Shown here: positions 39,820 through 51,990 of the stretch, in pieces | Position numbering within the stretch: the stretch's first letter is position 1 | Layout of the letters: every line of letters starts with the position of its first letter | Assembly: GCF_963921235.1 (NCBI RefSeq) | Contig: NC_086107.1 | Location: 92,940,001 to 93,004,000, forward strand | Length of the DNA stretch: 64,000 nt | Source of the DNA: Mobula hypostoma | Lineage: Eukaryota | Direction: 5' to 3' | Notes under the pieces: model-generated | Databases searched by the model: none | What the model was told of the DNA's origin: nothing | The model's input: the letters and a program-made list of their open reading frames with translations, nothing else | Program-made: the position numbers and the translations under genes

Positions 39820-42805
39820 AGTCAGGAAACAAAAGGTTGAGCGTGATGTGACTAATGTTCTGAGCTGAAAGAAGTATCGTAAGAAAGGCAGATGAGCTCC
39901 GGACATGGAACAACACCTGGAATGATGATATTGTAGTCATTGGTGAGACTTGTTTGCAGGAGGGGCAGACTGGTAGCTCAATATTTTGGAGTTCTGCTGT
40001 TTTAAATGTGACAGAGCGGGAGGGTGTAAAGGAGAGGTGGCATTATTGGTCAGAGAAAATGTCAGGGCAGTGCTCAGTCAGGACAGACGGGAGAACTTGT
40101 TTAGGTCTTATGGGTGGAACTGAGTAATAAGAAATGTATGACCATGGGCTAAATGACAGACCATCCAACAGTCCAAAGGATTGAGAGGAACAAATTTGTA
40201 GAGATCTCATCGACTGCTGCAAGAAACCTAAAGGTTTTATAGTAGGTGATTTTAACTTCCCACATATTGTCTGGGATTCCCATACTGTAAAATGACAAGA
40301 TGGGATGTAATTTGTCAAATGTGTTCAGGAAAGTTTCCTTAATCAGTACGTACAAGTCCAAATGAGAGAATGTGTGATTCTTGACGGGAAAGAGACACGA
40401 CAGGTGACAGGAGTTTGTGTAGGGGAACACTTTGCATCTAATGATCACAATGCCGTTAGTTTCAAAGTAAACATGCAAAAATATAGGTCTGGTCCACGGG
40501 TTGACATTCTAAATTGGAGAAAGGCCAATTTTGATGGTATTGGAAGGGAATTTGCAAGTGTGGATTGGGACAGGTTGTCTTCTGGCAAGTGTGTACTTGG
40601 TAAGTAGAAGGCCTTCAAACGTGAAATTCTGAGAGTGCAAAGCTTGTATGTGGCTGTCATAATAAAAGGTAAAGATAAGTGGTGTAAGGAACCTTGGTTT
40701 TCAAGAGATTTTGAAGGTCAAGAAAGAAGAAGGAGGCGCACAGCAGGTATAGACAGGTAGAAACAAATGAGGTGCTGATGGTGTATAAGAAATGCAAGAG
40801 AATGCTTAAGGAAATCAGGAGGGCTGAAAGGCGGCATGAAGTTGCCCTAGCAGACAAGCTGAAGGGGAATCCTATGGGATCTTGCAGTTATGTTAAGAGC
40901 AAAAGGATAGCAAGGGACAAAATTGGTTCTCTGGAAGACCAGAATGGTAATCCATGTGTGGAGTCAAAAGAGATGGGAGAGATCTTAACTGGATTTTTTG
41001 TGCATCTGTATTACTCAGGAGATGGACACAGAGATTGCAGAACTGAGGCAAACCATTATCAACTTCATGGATCCTATGGCGATACCAGAGGAGGAAGTGT
41101 TTGCTGCCCTGAGGCAAATTAGGGTAGATAAATCACCAGGGCCTGGCAAAGTTCCACTTGAATCCCGTGGGACGCAAGTGCAAAAATTGCTGGGGAACTA
41201 GCAGAGATATTTAAATCCTTAACAACAGATGAGGTACCAGAGGATTGGAGGATAGCAAATGTTGTTCCACTGTTTAAGAACGGCTCTCAAAACAAACCAG
41301 GCAATTATAGGCAAGTGAGACTGACGTCAGTAGTGGGAAAGTTATTGAAGGGTATTTGAGGGGACCTGATATATGAATACTTGAACAGACATGGACTGAT
41401 TAAGGATAGTCAGCATGGCAGAGTGTGTGTTAGGTCGTGTCTAATTAATCTTATAGTTTTTCGCTGAAGTTACCAGGAAAGTTGATGAAGGCAAGGCAGT
41501 GGATGTTGTCTACATGGAGTTTAGCAAGGCATTTGACAAATCCTGCATGGGAGGCTGGTCAAGAAGGTTCAGTTGCTTCGTATTCAAGATTGGACACTGG
41601 CTTTGTGGGAGAAGCCAGAGAGTGGTAGTAGATGGTTGCCTCTCTGACTGGGGGCCTGTGACTAGTGGAGTGCCACAGGGATCGGTGCGGGTTCCTTTGT
41701 TCAACGATCTGGATGATAAGGTGGTTAACTGGATCAGCAAATTTGTGTACAACACCAAGATTGGGGGTGTGGTGGACAACAAGGAAGACTATCAAAAGGT
41801 AGAAAACTGGCAGATGGATTTTAATGCAGACAAATGTGAGGTGTTACACTTTCAGGGCAAGACTTGCACGGGGTGCAATGGGGCACAGAGGAGAATGGAA
41901 GAACAGAGGGATCTGGAAACACAGATCCCTAATTCCCTGAAAGTGGCTTAACAGTCAAATATGGTTGTAAAGAGAATTTTTCGTACATTGGCCTTCATAA
42001 ATTAAAGTACTGAGTACAGGAGATAGAATATTTTGTTGATTTTGTATAAGATGTTGGTGAGGCTTAATTTGGAGTACTGTGTGCAGTTTTGGTCACCTAC
42101 CTACAAGAAAGATGTAAATAAGGTTGGAAGAGTACAGAGAAAATTTACAAGGATGTTGCCAGGTCTGGAGGACCTGAGATATAAGGAAAGATTAAATAGG
42201 TTTTTGCCAGCCGGTGGTGTAGAGGCAGTCACACCCGAGGTGAGTGGTTCCAGGTTCGAATCTGGCCGGCTCCTTGCATGCTTTCCATGCGTGCTGGGCT
42301 GAGCGTCGAGCTAGCAAATGGAGCTCGTAAAAAACAGACAAATGGTAAAGAAATGGCAAGGTTGCCACCCGATGTGCCACAAGGCATGGAGAGGAACAAT
42401 AAATAGGTTAGGACTTCATTCCTTGGATTGTAGACGATTTGCAAAGGGGTTTAACAAATTATGAGAGGCATTGACAGACTAAATGCAAACAGGCTTTTTC
42501 CCCACTGAGGTCGCGTCTGACTACAACTAGAGGTCATGGGTTGAATACGAAAGGTGAAAAGTTTAAGGGGAACATGGGAAAGCTCTTCACTCAGAGGGCT
42601 GTGTGAGGAACAAGCTGCCAGCACGAGCGATGCACGTGAGCTTGATTTCACTGTCTTAGAGCAGTTTGGATGGGTACATGTTTGATAGGGGTATGGAGGG
42701 CTATGGCCACAGAGTACGTCGATGGGAGTAGGCAGTTTAAATGGTTCAGCATGGACTAGATGGGCCAAAGGACCTGTTTCTGTGCTGTACTTCTTTTATG
42801 ACTCT
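39820..42805 (+). mobile_element. Degraded CR1 ORF2 (endonuclease to 3' UTR)
   Basis: GDFNFP.I, SNDHNA, DKSPGP, GVPQGSV and LEYCVQFWSP motifs; atgactct tail. Confidence 0.88.
42203..42399 (+). mobile_element. tRNA-headed SINE nested in CR1
   Basis: Box A tggtgtagagg, box B ggttcgaatc; 10-bp TSD taaataggtt (42193-42202 / 42400-42409). Confidence 0.85.
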
Positions 42806-42829
42806 ACCTCATTTGTTACTGCTTGTCTA

Positions 42830-43357
42830 TACCCATGACGCACCCCCTTCTTTTCTTACCCAGTCCTTAGTAACTCTCGAAAAATAAGGTTCACTAAACC
42901 TATTATCCTTGCCTTTTATTCTGACAGGCACATACAAGCTTTGTACTCTCAAAATGTCACTTTTGAAGGCCTCCCACTTGTCTGGTACACATTTGCCAGA
43001 CAACAACCTGTCCGGTACACCTTTGCCAGACAACAGCTTGTCCAAATCCACACTTGCCAGATCTTTTCTGATATTATCAAAATTGTCCTTATTCCAATTT
43101 AGAGTCTTAACCCAAGGATCAGACCTATCTTGTTTCACAATTACCTTGAAACTAATGGCTTTATGATCATTAGATGCAAAGTGTTCCCCTACACAAACTT
43201 CTGTCACCTGTCCTGTCTCATTCCCTAATAGGACACCTAGTATCACACTCCCTGTAGTTGGGAGGACTTTGTATTGACTAAGGAAACTTTCTTGAACACA
43301 TTTGACAAACTCTTTCCCATCCAGCCCTTTTACAGTATGGGAGGGAGTCCCAATCAA
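42830..43357 (-). mobile_element. CR1 endonuclease-region fragment
   Basis: EFVKCVQESFLSQY...GEHFASNDHKAISFK. Confidence 0.85.
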
Positions 43358-43915
43358 TAATTACTTAATTTATTATTTAAAAAAGTCATGCAAATATACT
43401 GTAAATTACAATACTTATCTATCTTATTATTTCTTACTATAATTTAGAATACTTTTTATGCATTGCAGTGTACTGCTTCGTGACATATATCACTGATAAT
43501 AAACCTGATTCTGATTCTAACCTTTTGAAACCAGTTGGGTGCCACCATCCAGTACCTGTGCTGCCACCCCCACCCGCTTCTCTGTCCAGGCCTTGCTATC
43601 AAATCCCAAACCCAGCTGCTCCCTCCACTGGTAGTTGCTTTGTGTGTGGAGGAAGGAAGGAAGTTCAGCGGGTTCACTGCAATGCTCTCCATAGCAGAAT
43701 AACCCACTGAGCCGAATGATGGCATGTTATTATGGGACGGGACCACCACACGGATCCAGAACCACCCATGTGGTGGAACAGAGGGATCTAGGGGGCCACA
43801 TCCATTGATTCTTCGAAGTTGCCACACAAGTTGATAGGGTGTTTAAGGCGGCCTATGATGTGTTGACCTTCATTAGTTGGGGGCTGAGTTCAAGGACCAT
43901 GAGACAATGTTGCAG

Positions 43916-44524
43916 TGTAAACGTAACTTTGCTGGATCAAATAACGACAGCACAAAAAGATCGTTACTTATCTTTTCACCCATTTATTTCTTCCAGCTCA
44001 GCCAGCGAGTGAACTTAGACCCGACATCAGGGGGAGAAACTTTCTCATCTCCCCAGCAGTTCAACAGGTTCACTGCCTGATGTCAGAATTGTTAGAAGTT
44101 ATACAGCCACCGATACAAAGAACAATCAGTTTGATAACCATTCTGGTCAAGTCAATGGACTATTGATACAAAGAATAATCAATTTGTTAGACACTCCAGC
44201 CACCTTAATTAAAGAAAGAATGTCCTACCTGATTTGCTGGAGCCACAACTTAATTACGAAGATAAGAACATCCGTCAAATTTATGCTTTAATTAAAAAGG
44301 AATGTTCTGTCTAATTTCCATCAGGTACTGCTTTTGTCAAAATCAAAAGGTTTGAAAAGCCCAGAGACATCTTATGTGGAGCTGGGTGAACTTTAACCCT
44401 TATCTTGCTCCTAAGAAAGCAGCTGTGAGACATTATTCAAACACACTGCAGTCACAGACATAGTCAGTACTGAATCTATTGTTTACGGGAATCTGAGAAT
44501 CCCCCATTCCCCTAAAGTTTATCA
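43916..44524 (-). mobile_element. Solo LTR (609 bp) inserted in CR1
   Basis: TGTAAAC...GTTTATCA termini; 4-bp TSD gcag (43912-43915 / 44525-44528); CR1 MLQ|LYKTLVRPHLEY rejoins across it; minus-strand AATAAA near 43985. Confidence 0.8.
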
Positions 44525-45118
44525 GCAGCTTTATAAGACCCTGGTTAGACCACACTTGGAGTATCGTGTTCAGCTCTGGTCACCTCATTATAGGAAGGAT
44601 GGGAAAGCTTTGGAGAGAGTGCGGAGGAGATTTACCAGCAGACTGCCTGGATTAGAGAGTTTGTTTTATGAGGATAGGTTGAGCGGGCTAGGGCTTTTCT
44701 CTTTAGAACAAAAGAGGGTTGACAAAGGTGTACAAGATGCATAGAGTGGACAACCAGAGATGTTTCAGGAGTAGAGTCATCACCACAGAAAACGGTCCTT
44801 CAGTCCATCTAGTTCGTGTCCAACTGTTATTCTACCTAATCCCATGGACCTGCACCTGGACTACAGCACACCATAACACTCCCATCCATGTACTTATCTG
44901 AACTTTAGTGTTGGAGTAATGACGGTTAGTACATAACTGTTTCGGGACCTGGTGGTGTGGGACCCAAGGCTTCTGTAGTTCCTGGCCGATAGGTACTAGC
45001 GAGAAGAGAGCATGGCCTGGGTGGTGTGGGTCTTTGATGATGGATGCCGCTTTCTTGTGGCAAGTTTGCTTAATAGTGGGGAGGGCTTTTCCTTCGATGT
45101 GGGGAGGGCTGTATCCAC

Positions 45119-45391
45119 TGTGATGTAATTAAAATTTCAATAATATTTGAGCAACCTTGTGTATATATTGGTTGATTAGATATTCTTGTTCGTTTAACTT
45201 ATTAACTACGGGTTATAGTAAAAGTACATTAAATGCGTACATCGTCACGCTACCACGTGATACGTGCGCGGCTCGCTTAAAGAACGAACTAGTCCGTATT
45301 CTCAGACTCGCGTGTATTTCTTAGAATTAATGTTTTGAAGTTACAAAACATTAAATTAATTCAAAGGCACGCGATGTTACGAAACATAACA
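45119..45391 (+). mobile_element. Solo LTR (273 bp); related copy at ~54353-54606
   Basis: TGTGATGT...ACATAACA termini; 5-bp TSD tccac (45114-45118 / 45392-45396); strand uncertain. Confidence 0.75.
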
Positions 45392-45477
45392 TCCACCACT
45401 AATCCCAATGAAAACTTGGTAATTACCATTCACAATCCGTTTACAAGAGGTCACCGCACACTTGGGCAGGTACTTAC

Positions 45478-45620
45478 GCTCTTAATGGAACCGCCCCGAC
45501 CGGCACATGCAGCGTTAGGGAGAGCCAGTAGCTGCCTTGCCCGTGCCTCTAGCAGCTCCGTAGCGGACCATCAACAGCGGTGAAGGGAAGGGCAAAAATC
45601 ATCGATTATTGTTAATCTCC
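45478..45620 (-). other. Probable non-coding first exon of the GARIN-like gene (5' limit uncertain), with two short uORFs
   Basis: Unique CpG-rich sequence ending at a consensus donor C|GTAAGTA (45477-45471), just downstream of a CRE palindrome. The exon at 31823 has an acceptor upstream of its ATG, so an upstream exon is required. Confidence 0.5.
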
Positions 45621-45669
45621 GAAAAGTCCAAAGTCTGCGGGGAATCCCCAAAGCCTGTCGTCATCGGGT

Positions 45670-45681
45670 TGTGACGTCACA
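45670..45681. promoter_or_regulatory. Full CRE (CREB/CREM/ATF) palindrome TGTGACGTCACA
   Basis: Perfect 12-bp palindrome with a TGACGTCA core, about 190 bp upstream of the candidate exon-1 donor. Confidence 0.6.
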
Positions 45682-46156
45682 GGGGCGCCCCTTTACTCTG
45701 TACCATTAATCCCGTTGAAGGTTAAGAACTTTATCTCCTCCCGGAGGGGGCAACTCCCTTGCAAAGCTCTTCTCTTCTCTCCCTCTCCCTCTCCTCAAAG
45801 CCGGAGCACTACGCAACTGTCTCCCATAATTTCAACGCCTGTCTCTCTGTCATTATTATGTCATTTTACTAATCATTCATAAACCTCTGATATATATAAA
45901 AAAAATTAACTTGCTCCCCCAAATCCCTTTAGCACTCACCTGTTTCGTTTTGTTAATTTGCCACGGGTCTACGTGTCTGTTATCTCTTAAAAAAGAAACA
46001 ATTTTTATATTTTTCGACATCTGGCGCAGGATGGTTCAAGAAATCACTGTCGCAGAATTAATAATATGTAAATTAGAAAACGATGATGTCACCATGAACT
46101 GTCACAAAGTATTATCAGGGGCTTTGGCTAAACTTTTTTCCTGCAACCCCCCACCT

Positions 46157-46170
46157 CCGCCATCTAGTGG
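46157..46170 (-). promoter_or_regulatory. CTCF-like motif CCACTAGATGGCGG
   Basis: Matches the CCASYAGRKGGCRS core, in unique sequence upstream of the putative promoter. Confidence 0.5.
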
Positions 46171-46528
46171 TCATTTAAGGCACCACACGCATTTTCGCAA
46201 TAAGGCAAAGATGTAATACTGAAGCTTTATAAGGCATTGACCAGACCGCTCTTGGGTATTGAGCTGTTTTCGGTCGCATATCTGTGATGGGATGTGCTGT
46301 CACTGGAGAGAGTGAAGAGGAGATTCGTGAGAATGGTTCTGGGACTGAAAGGGTTAATGTTTGAGGAGTGTTTGATGGCTCTGGGCCTGCACTTGCTGGA
46401 GTTTAGAAGAATGAAGAGGGATCTTATTGAAACCTATCAAATATAGAAAGGCCTGGACTGGATGTGGAGCAGATGTTTCCATTAGTGGGTGAGTCTAGAA
46501 GCAAAAGGCACATCCTCAGAATAGAGGG

Positions 46529-47559
46529 CAAACACGAGGAAATCACCCTACTAGGAATAGGGTTTCCCCTTGTCCTCACCTACCGCCCACCAGCCTCCGG
46601 GTCCAACATATAATTCTCCGTAACTTCCACCACCTCCAACGGGATCCCACCACTAAGCACTTTCCCTTCCCCCTGCTTTCCGCAGGGATCGCTCCCTACG
46701 CTACTCCCTTGTCCATTCGTCCCCCCCATCCCTCCCCACCGATCTCCCTCCTCGCACTTAACCTTGTAAGCGGAGCAAGTGCTACGCATGCCCTTATACT
46801 TCCTCCCTCACTACCATTCAGGGCCCCAGACAGTCTTTCCAGGTGAAGTGACACTTCACTTGTGAGTCGGGTGGGGTGATATACTGCGTCTGGTGCTCCC
46901 GATGTGGCCTTTTATATATTGGCGAGACCCGACGCAGACTGGGAGATAGTTTCGCTGAACACCTACGCTCTGTCCCCCAGAGAAAGCAGGATCTCCCAGT
47001 GGCCACACATTTTAATTCCACATCCCATTCCCATTCTGACATGTCTATCCACGGCCTCCTCTACTGTAAAGATGAAGCCACACTCAGGTTGGAGGAACAA
47101 CACCTTATATTCAGTCTGGGTAGCCTCCAACCAGATGGCATGAATATTGACTTCTCTAACTTCCGCTAATGCCCCACCTCCCCCTCGTACCCCATCCGTT
47201 ATTTATTTATATACACACATTCTTTCTCTCTCTCTCCTTTTTCTCCCTTTGTCCCTCTGACTATACCCCTTGCCCATCCTCTGGGTTTTTTCCCCCCTCC
47301 CCCTTTTCCTTCTCCCTGGGCCTCCTGTCCCATGATCCTCTCATATCCCTTTTGCCAATCACCTGTCCAGCTCTTGGCTCCATCCCTCCCCCTCCTGTCT
47401 TCTCCTATCATTTCGGATCTCCCCCTCCCACTTTCAAATCTCTTACTAGCTCTTCTTTCAGTTTGTCCTGACGAAGGGTCTTGGCCCGAAACGTCGACTC
47501 TACCTCTTCCTAGAGATGCTGCCTGGCCTGCTGCGGTCACCAACAACTTTTATGTGTTG
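46529..47559 (+). mobile_element. 5'-truncated Penelope-like element with GIY-YIG endonuclease remnant and pseudo-LTR
   Basis: VIYCVWCSRCGLLYIGETRRRLGDSFAEHLR...PVATHFN...EQHLIFSLGSLQPDGMN (46876-47169); 14-bp TSD ctcagaatagaggg (46515-46528 / 47560-47573). Confidence 0.95.
47465..47499 (+). ncRNA. Minimal type I hammerhead ribozyme motif in a Penelope-like pLTR (also 24820-24855 +, 50450-50485 +, ~58764-58797 -, ~24197-24230 -)
   Basis: gtc-CTGACGA-a-gggt(cttg)gccc-GAAA-cg-TC-gac: conserved core, short helices I/II, palindromic acgt helix III. Confidence 0.75.
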
Positions 47560-48689
47560 CTCAGAATAGAGGGACTCCCTTTGGGACAGAGATAAAGAAT
47601 TTCTTTAATCAAAGTATGTTGAATTTGTGAAGTTCATCGCCAAATATGACTGTGGAGGCCAAGAAATTGGATATATTTAAATTCGGGTTCATGGGTTCTT
47701 GATTAATAAAGGTGTCGAAGGTTAAGGGGAGAAGGTAGGAGAATGGAGTTGAGAGGGATAATAAATCAACCATGATGGAATGGTGAAGCAGACCTGATGG
47801 GCTGAATGGTCTAATCCTGCTCCCATGTCTGACGGTCTTATGGTCTTAGTTCAGTATTAGAGATACAAAAGACTGCAGATGCTGGAATCTGGAGCAATGC
47901 ACAATCTGCTGGAGGACCTCAGGGGCTAAGCCGCATCTATGGGGAGGGAGGGAAATCGTTGAGGCTCTAGATTGATCCCTGTGTCTGCAGTCCCTTGTGT
48001 CTCCATTTTCACCCTCCATTTGAGTGTCTGTCAATCCATGAGTCTGACGTTGGCCTGTCCTGGGGTTGGAGGAATGTGTGTATGTCTGGGTGGTTGGATG
48101 GGGGGAGGGGAGGCTTGTTTTGCTGTTGTTGTTGTGTTCTGCGTTGTTCCACCGAGCACGGTGGGCACGTTACAGTACATCGGTGCTGGAATGTGTGGTG
48201 TCACTGTGGGCTGCCACCAGCCCATCGTTGGGCTCTGTCGGTTGCTAACACTCTATCTTTCGACGTGCATGTGATAAATACATGAATCTGAGTCTGAACG
48301 CGGTCCGAAGTCTGTTCAAGGCAGAGCAACTTCGAAAAGGTTCGTCTTCAATCCAGATGCAGGGCTTTGACGATTCCTTTCCAACCCCTCCCACAGATGC
48401 TGCTCAACCTGCTGAGTGGCCTTCACTGCTGGGACAGGGACTCTACAGACACTGAGGGGGGAGTCGCTGAGCCAACTGTCCTAATCAACTGCCAGACAAG
48501 CACCCAGACCTCACTTAGCCGGCAGTGAGAGAAGCCCTCAGATCCTTTCTGTACAGATGACACACCTTGCCCAAAGCTCACCCACTCGCGGGACGGCTGA
48601 GATGGGGAGGAGATGCTGGTGTGCTTTCCTCCTGGTGGTTCTTGGATTCATGATCTCTGGTAGTTAGAGTGGTTCAAGTGGTGTCATCA

Positions 48690-48935
48690 CAGACCTTATC
48701 ACTTTAACTGATGGATGTCTGGAGAAAGCAGGAGAGCAGAGCGAACGTGCCCTTGTGGCACAGCAGCACTGAGTGAACAGGATGTGGAGATATTCTTACT
48801 GAGTCTGACACGCTGCCTCCTGTCAGAGAGCAAGCTTGTGATCCACCTGCAGATGGAACTTGGAAAGTTAAGGGAAGGACTACCCCTCACTAAATCAAGT
48901 CAAGCTGGGGTCAAATAATTAACACGGGAGTCCGC
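48690..48935 (-). mobile_element. Rex1/Babar-like RT fragment
   Basis: ICRWITSLLSDRRQRVRL...SLSAAVPQG.V.S.LL. Confidence 0.65.
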
Positions 48936-49967
48936 CGACGTTGGGAGTCCAGAATTATACATACAAAATGCTGGAGGAACTCAGCAGGTCAAGCAGCATC
49001 ATTGGAGACGAACAACCAGTCAAGGTTTCTGGCTGAGATCCTTCATGAGGGCTGGAAAGGAAGGGGACAGAAGGCAGAATAAGAGGGATGGAGAGGGTGG
49101 AGGGCTACAAGTTGGCAAGTGATCGGTGAGACCAAATGAGGGAGAACATAGGTGGGGTATGAAGTGAGAAGCTGGGACATTATTTGTGGAGGAGTTAAAG
49201 GACTGAAGAAAAAGGAACCTAATAGGACTCCCCCCTGGATACAAATAATTTTATTACACTTGTTTGAAGAAGAGATGGCTTTGACAATGTTGATAAAGTA
49301 GATTATCTAGTTGTTTGTTGCTTATACTCGTGAATGTTCTGTGAAAGCAAGTTGGCCACTGCATTTAGTGCGTGCTGTGGGAGTGACCTACAGTATGCTG
49401 TCCCCAGATGTTGTTTCAGCAGCTGCCGGTTTGCTGAGCAAGGCACTGTATAAATGTAGAGTTTTCACTCTAATTATTGTAGTTCAAATCCACCATTAAT
49501 ATTCGCTTGTTAACCTGTGAAGTAGATTGTCCACAGTCGGAGAATCATTGAAACTTACAATTGACAGGAGACCATTTGACCTGCTGTGTCCACGCTGGCC
49601 ACACATGGAATCACACTTCCCAACTGTTTTTAGCTCTGTAAGACACAGTTCTTCAAGCTATTCTCTGAAATTAGACTTCTACCACCATCTGGACCACCAC
49701 CATTTATTGAATGAAATATTATTTTCTTTTAATTTTAATTTTTTATTTTGAGCTGCAGCATGGTAACAGGTCCTTCCATCCCACTGAGCCCCCACTGCCC
49801 AATTACACCCATATAACTAACCTACAAACTTGTTCGTCTTTGGATTGTGAGAGTAGCTGGAAGAAACTCATGTGGTCATGGGGGGAACGTACAAACTTCT
49901 TACCAACTACAGTGGGAATTGAACCTGGGTCGCAGGAGTTCTAATAGCATTACACTAACCACTAAGC

Positions 49968-50544
49968 CCTGTCCGCCAGAGAAAGCAGGATCTCCCAGTG
50001 GCCACACATTTTAATTCCACATCCCATTCCCATTCTGACATGTCTATCCACGGCCTCCTCTACTGTAAAGATGAAGCCACACTCAGGTTGGAGGAACAAC
50101 ACCTTGTATTCCGTCTGGATAGCCTCCAACCTGATGTCATGAACATTGACTTCTCAAACTTCCGCTAATGCCCCACCTCCCCCACGTACCCCATCCGTTA
50201 TTTATATACGCACATTCTTTCTCTCACTCTCCTTTTTCTCCCTCTGACTATACCCCTTGCCCATTCTCTGGGTTCCCCCCCCCTTGTCTTTCTCCCTGGG
50301 CCTCCTGTCCCATGATCCTCTCATATCCCTTTTGCCAATCACCTGTCCAGCTCTTGGCTCCATCCCTCCCCCTCCTGTCTTCTCCTATCATTTTGGATCT
50401 CCCCCTCCCCCTCCCACTTTCAAATCTCTTCCTAACTTTTCCTTCAGTTAGTCCTGATGAAGGGTCTCGGCCTGAAACGTTGACTGTACCTCTTCCTGGA
50501 GATGCTGCCTGGCCTGCTGCGTTCACCAGCAATTTTTATGTGTG
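49968..50544 (+). mobile_element. Penelope-like 3' fragment (GIY-YIG end plus pLTR) inserted in a SINE
   Basis: Near-identical to 46970-47555; possible 4-bp TSD aagc (49964-49967 / 50545-50548). Confidence 0.9.
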
Positions 50545-51486
50545 AAGCTACTGAGCTGACCCAATTTTCTTTCAACTATTCTGGAAGCTTTAGAGAGGGC
50601 GTGGAGGGAGATTTGCCAGGATGCTGCCTGGATTACAGAGCATGTCTTGCGAGGATAGGTTGAGTGAGTTGAGGCTTTTCTCTTTGGAGTGAAGTAGGCT
50701 GAGTGGTGATGATAGAGGTGTACATGATGATAAGATTAGATCGAGTTGACAGCCAGCAACTTTTTCCCAGAGTAGAAATGGCTAATGCGAGGGGGCATAA
50801 TTTTGAGGTGATTGGAGTAAAGTATAGGGGGGGAGACGTCAGAGGTATGGTTTTTTTTTACACAGAGAGTGGTGGGTGTGTGGAACGCCCTACCAGTGGT
50901 AGTGGTGGAGACAAATAAATTGGGACATTTACAAGACTCTGAGATAGGCACATGGCTGAAAGAATAGTGCAGGGCTGTGTAGGAGGGAAGAGTTAAGTTC
51001 AGTTTAGAGTAGGTTAAAAGGTCAGAACAACATGGTGCGGAAAACGGCCTGTATTCAGCTGTACTGTTCAATGGTCTATAAACCTTCTGCCAAGAAACTT
51101 GATTTTCTGCCCCAGCACCCTCACTCCAGTCTCTCCTCTCTCCTCCCATCAGGAAGAAGATGCAAAAGCGTGAGAACACATAGCACCAGACGCAAGGACA
51201 GCATCTCTCCGACTGTTATCTCTTCCTCATATTGCTAAAGATGAACTCTTGATCTCCCAATCTGCCTCACCGTGACCCTTGCACTTCATTTGTCTATCTG
51301 CACCGCACTTTATCCGCAGCTCGAATACTATATTCTGCTTTCTTTTCAATATCTCATACTTGCGTATGGAACGATCTGACTGGCTAGTAAACAAAAGCTT
51401 GATAAATTGGTAAATTGTTTCATCATTGTCTCATGTACTAAGGTACAGTGGAAAATTTGTCTTAAATACTATCGATACAGTCTTGA

Positions 51487-51990
51487 GGGCTGATTTATGC
51501 TTCTGCGTCAAGTCGATGCCATAGGTACGGCGTCACTGCGAACCCTACGCAGATCCCTACGTCGTAGGCTGACGCCCACCTCTCCCAAAATGTAACTACA
51601 CATCGCGGCAACGCAGACCGCAACAACTGTGATTGGTCCGCTTAGTAGCATCACCTTTCCTCCTACGCTGCAATAGCTTCCCATTGGGTGACTGAAGGGC
51701 AGGGAAGAAACTCTGGCTGCAATGCTTTCCATAAAGCTTTACAGACCTCCGAAATTATGGAGGACACATTTCACTTCTACGAAAAAAGACGCTCCCTTTA
51801 AACTTGCTTACCCTGAGAAAGACTACCATGACCATGAAGCCTTGCACGGGTAGGTGTGTGTGCATGCGTGCCATGCGCGAATTGCAGAGCGACGCAGATG
51901 CACCAACACACAAGTATAAATGCTCACAACGCGCGAAGGCCACTTGCGTAGGTTACAGCGTCCATTTGACGCACAAGTATAAATCAGCCT
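51487..51990. mobile_element. Non-autonomous DNA transposon (PIF/Harbinger-like MITE)
   Basis: 25-bp TIRs gggctgatttatgcttctgcgtcaa / ttgacgcacaagtataaatcagcct flanked by TGA and TCA; superfamily assignment is inference. Confidence 0.7.

Larger units (their letters stand above)
46200..47845 (+). mobile_element. CR1 3' fragment hosting a Penelope-like element
   Basis: LEFRRMKRDLIETY upstream of the insertion; CR1 3' UTR resumes at 47560. Confidence 0.85.

Noticed and set aside
42203..42275. tRNA gene candidates (also ~53426-53500)
   Set aside because: Box A/B are present but followed by SINE bodies and flanked by TSDs; no convincing cloverleaf.
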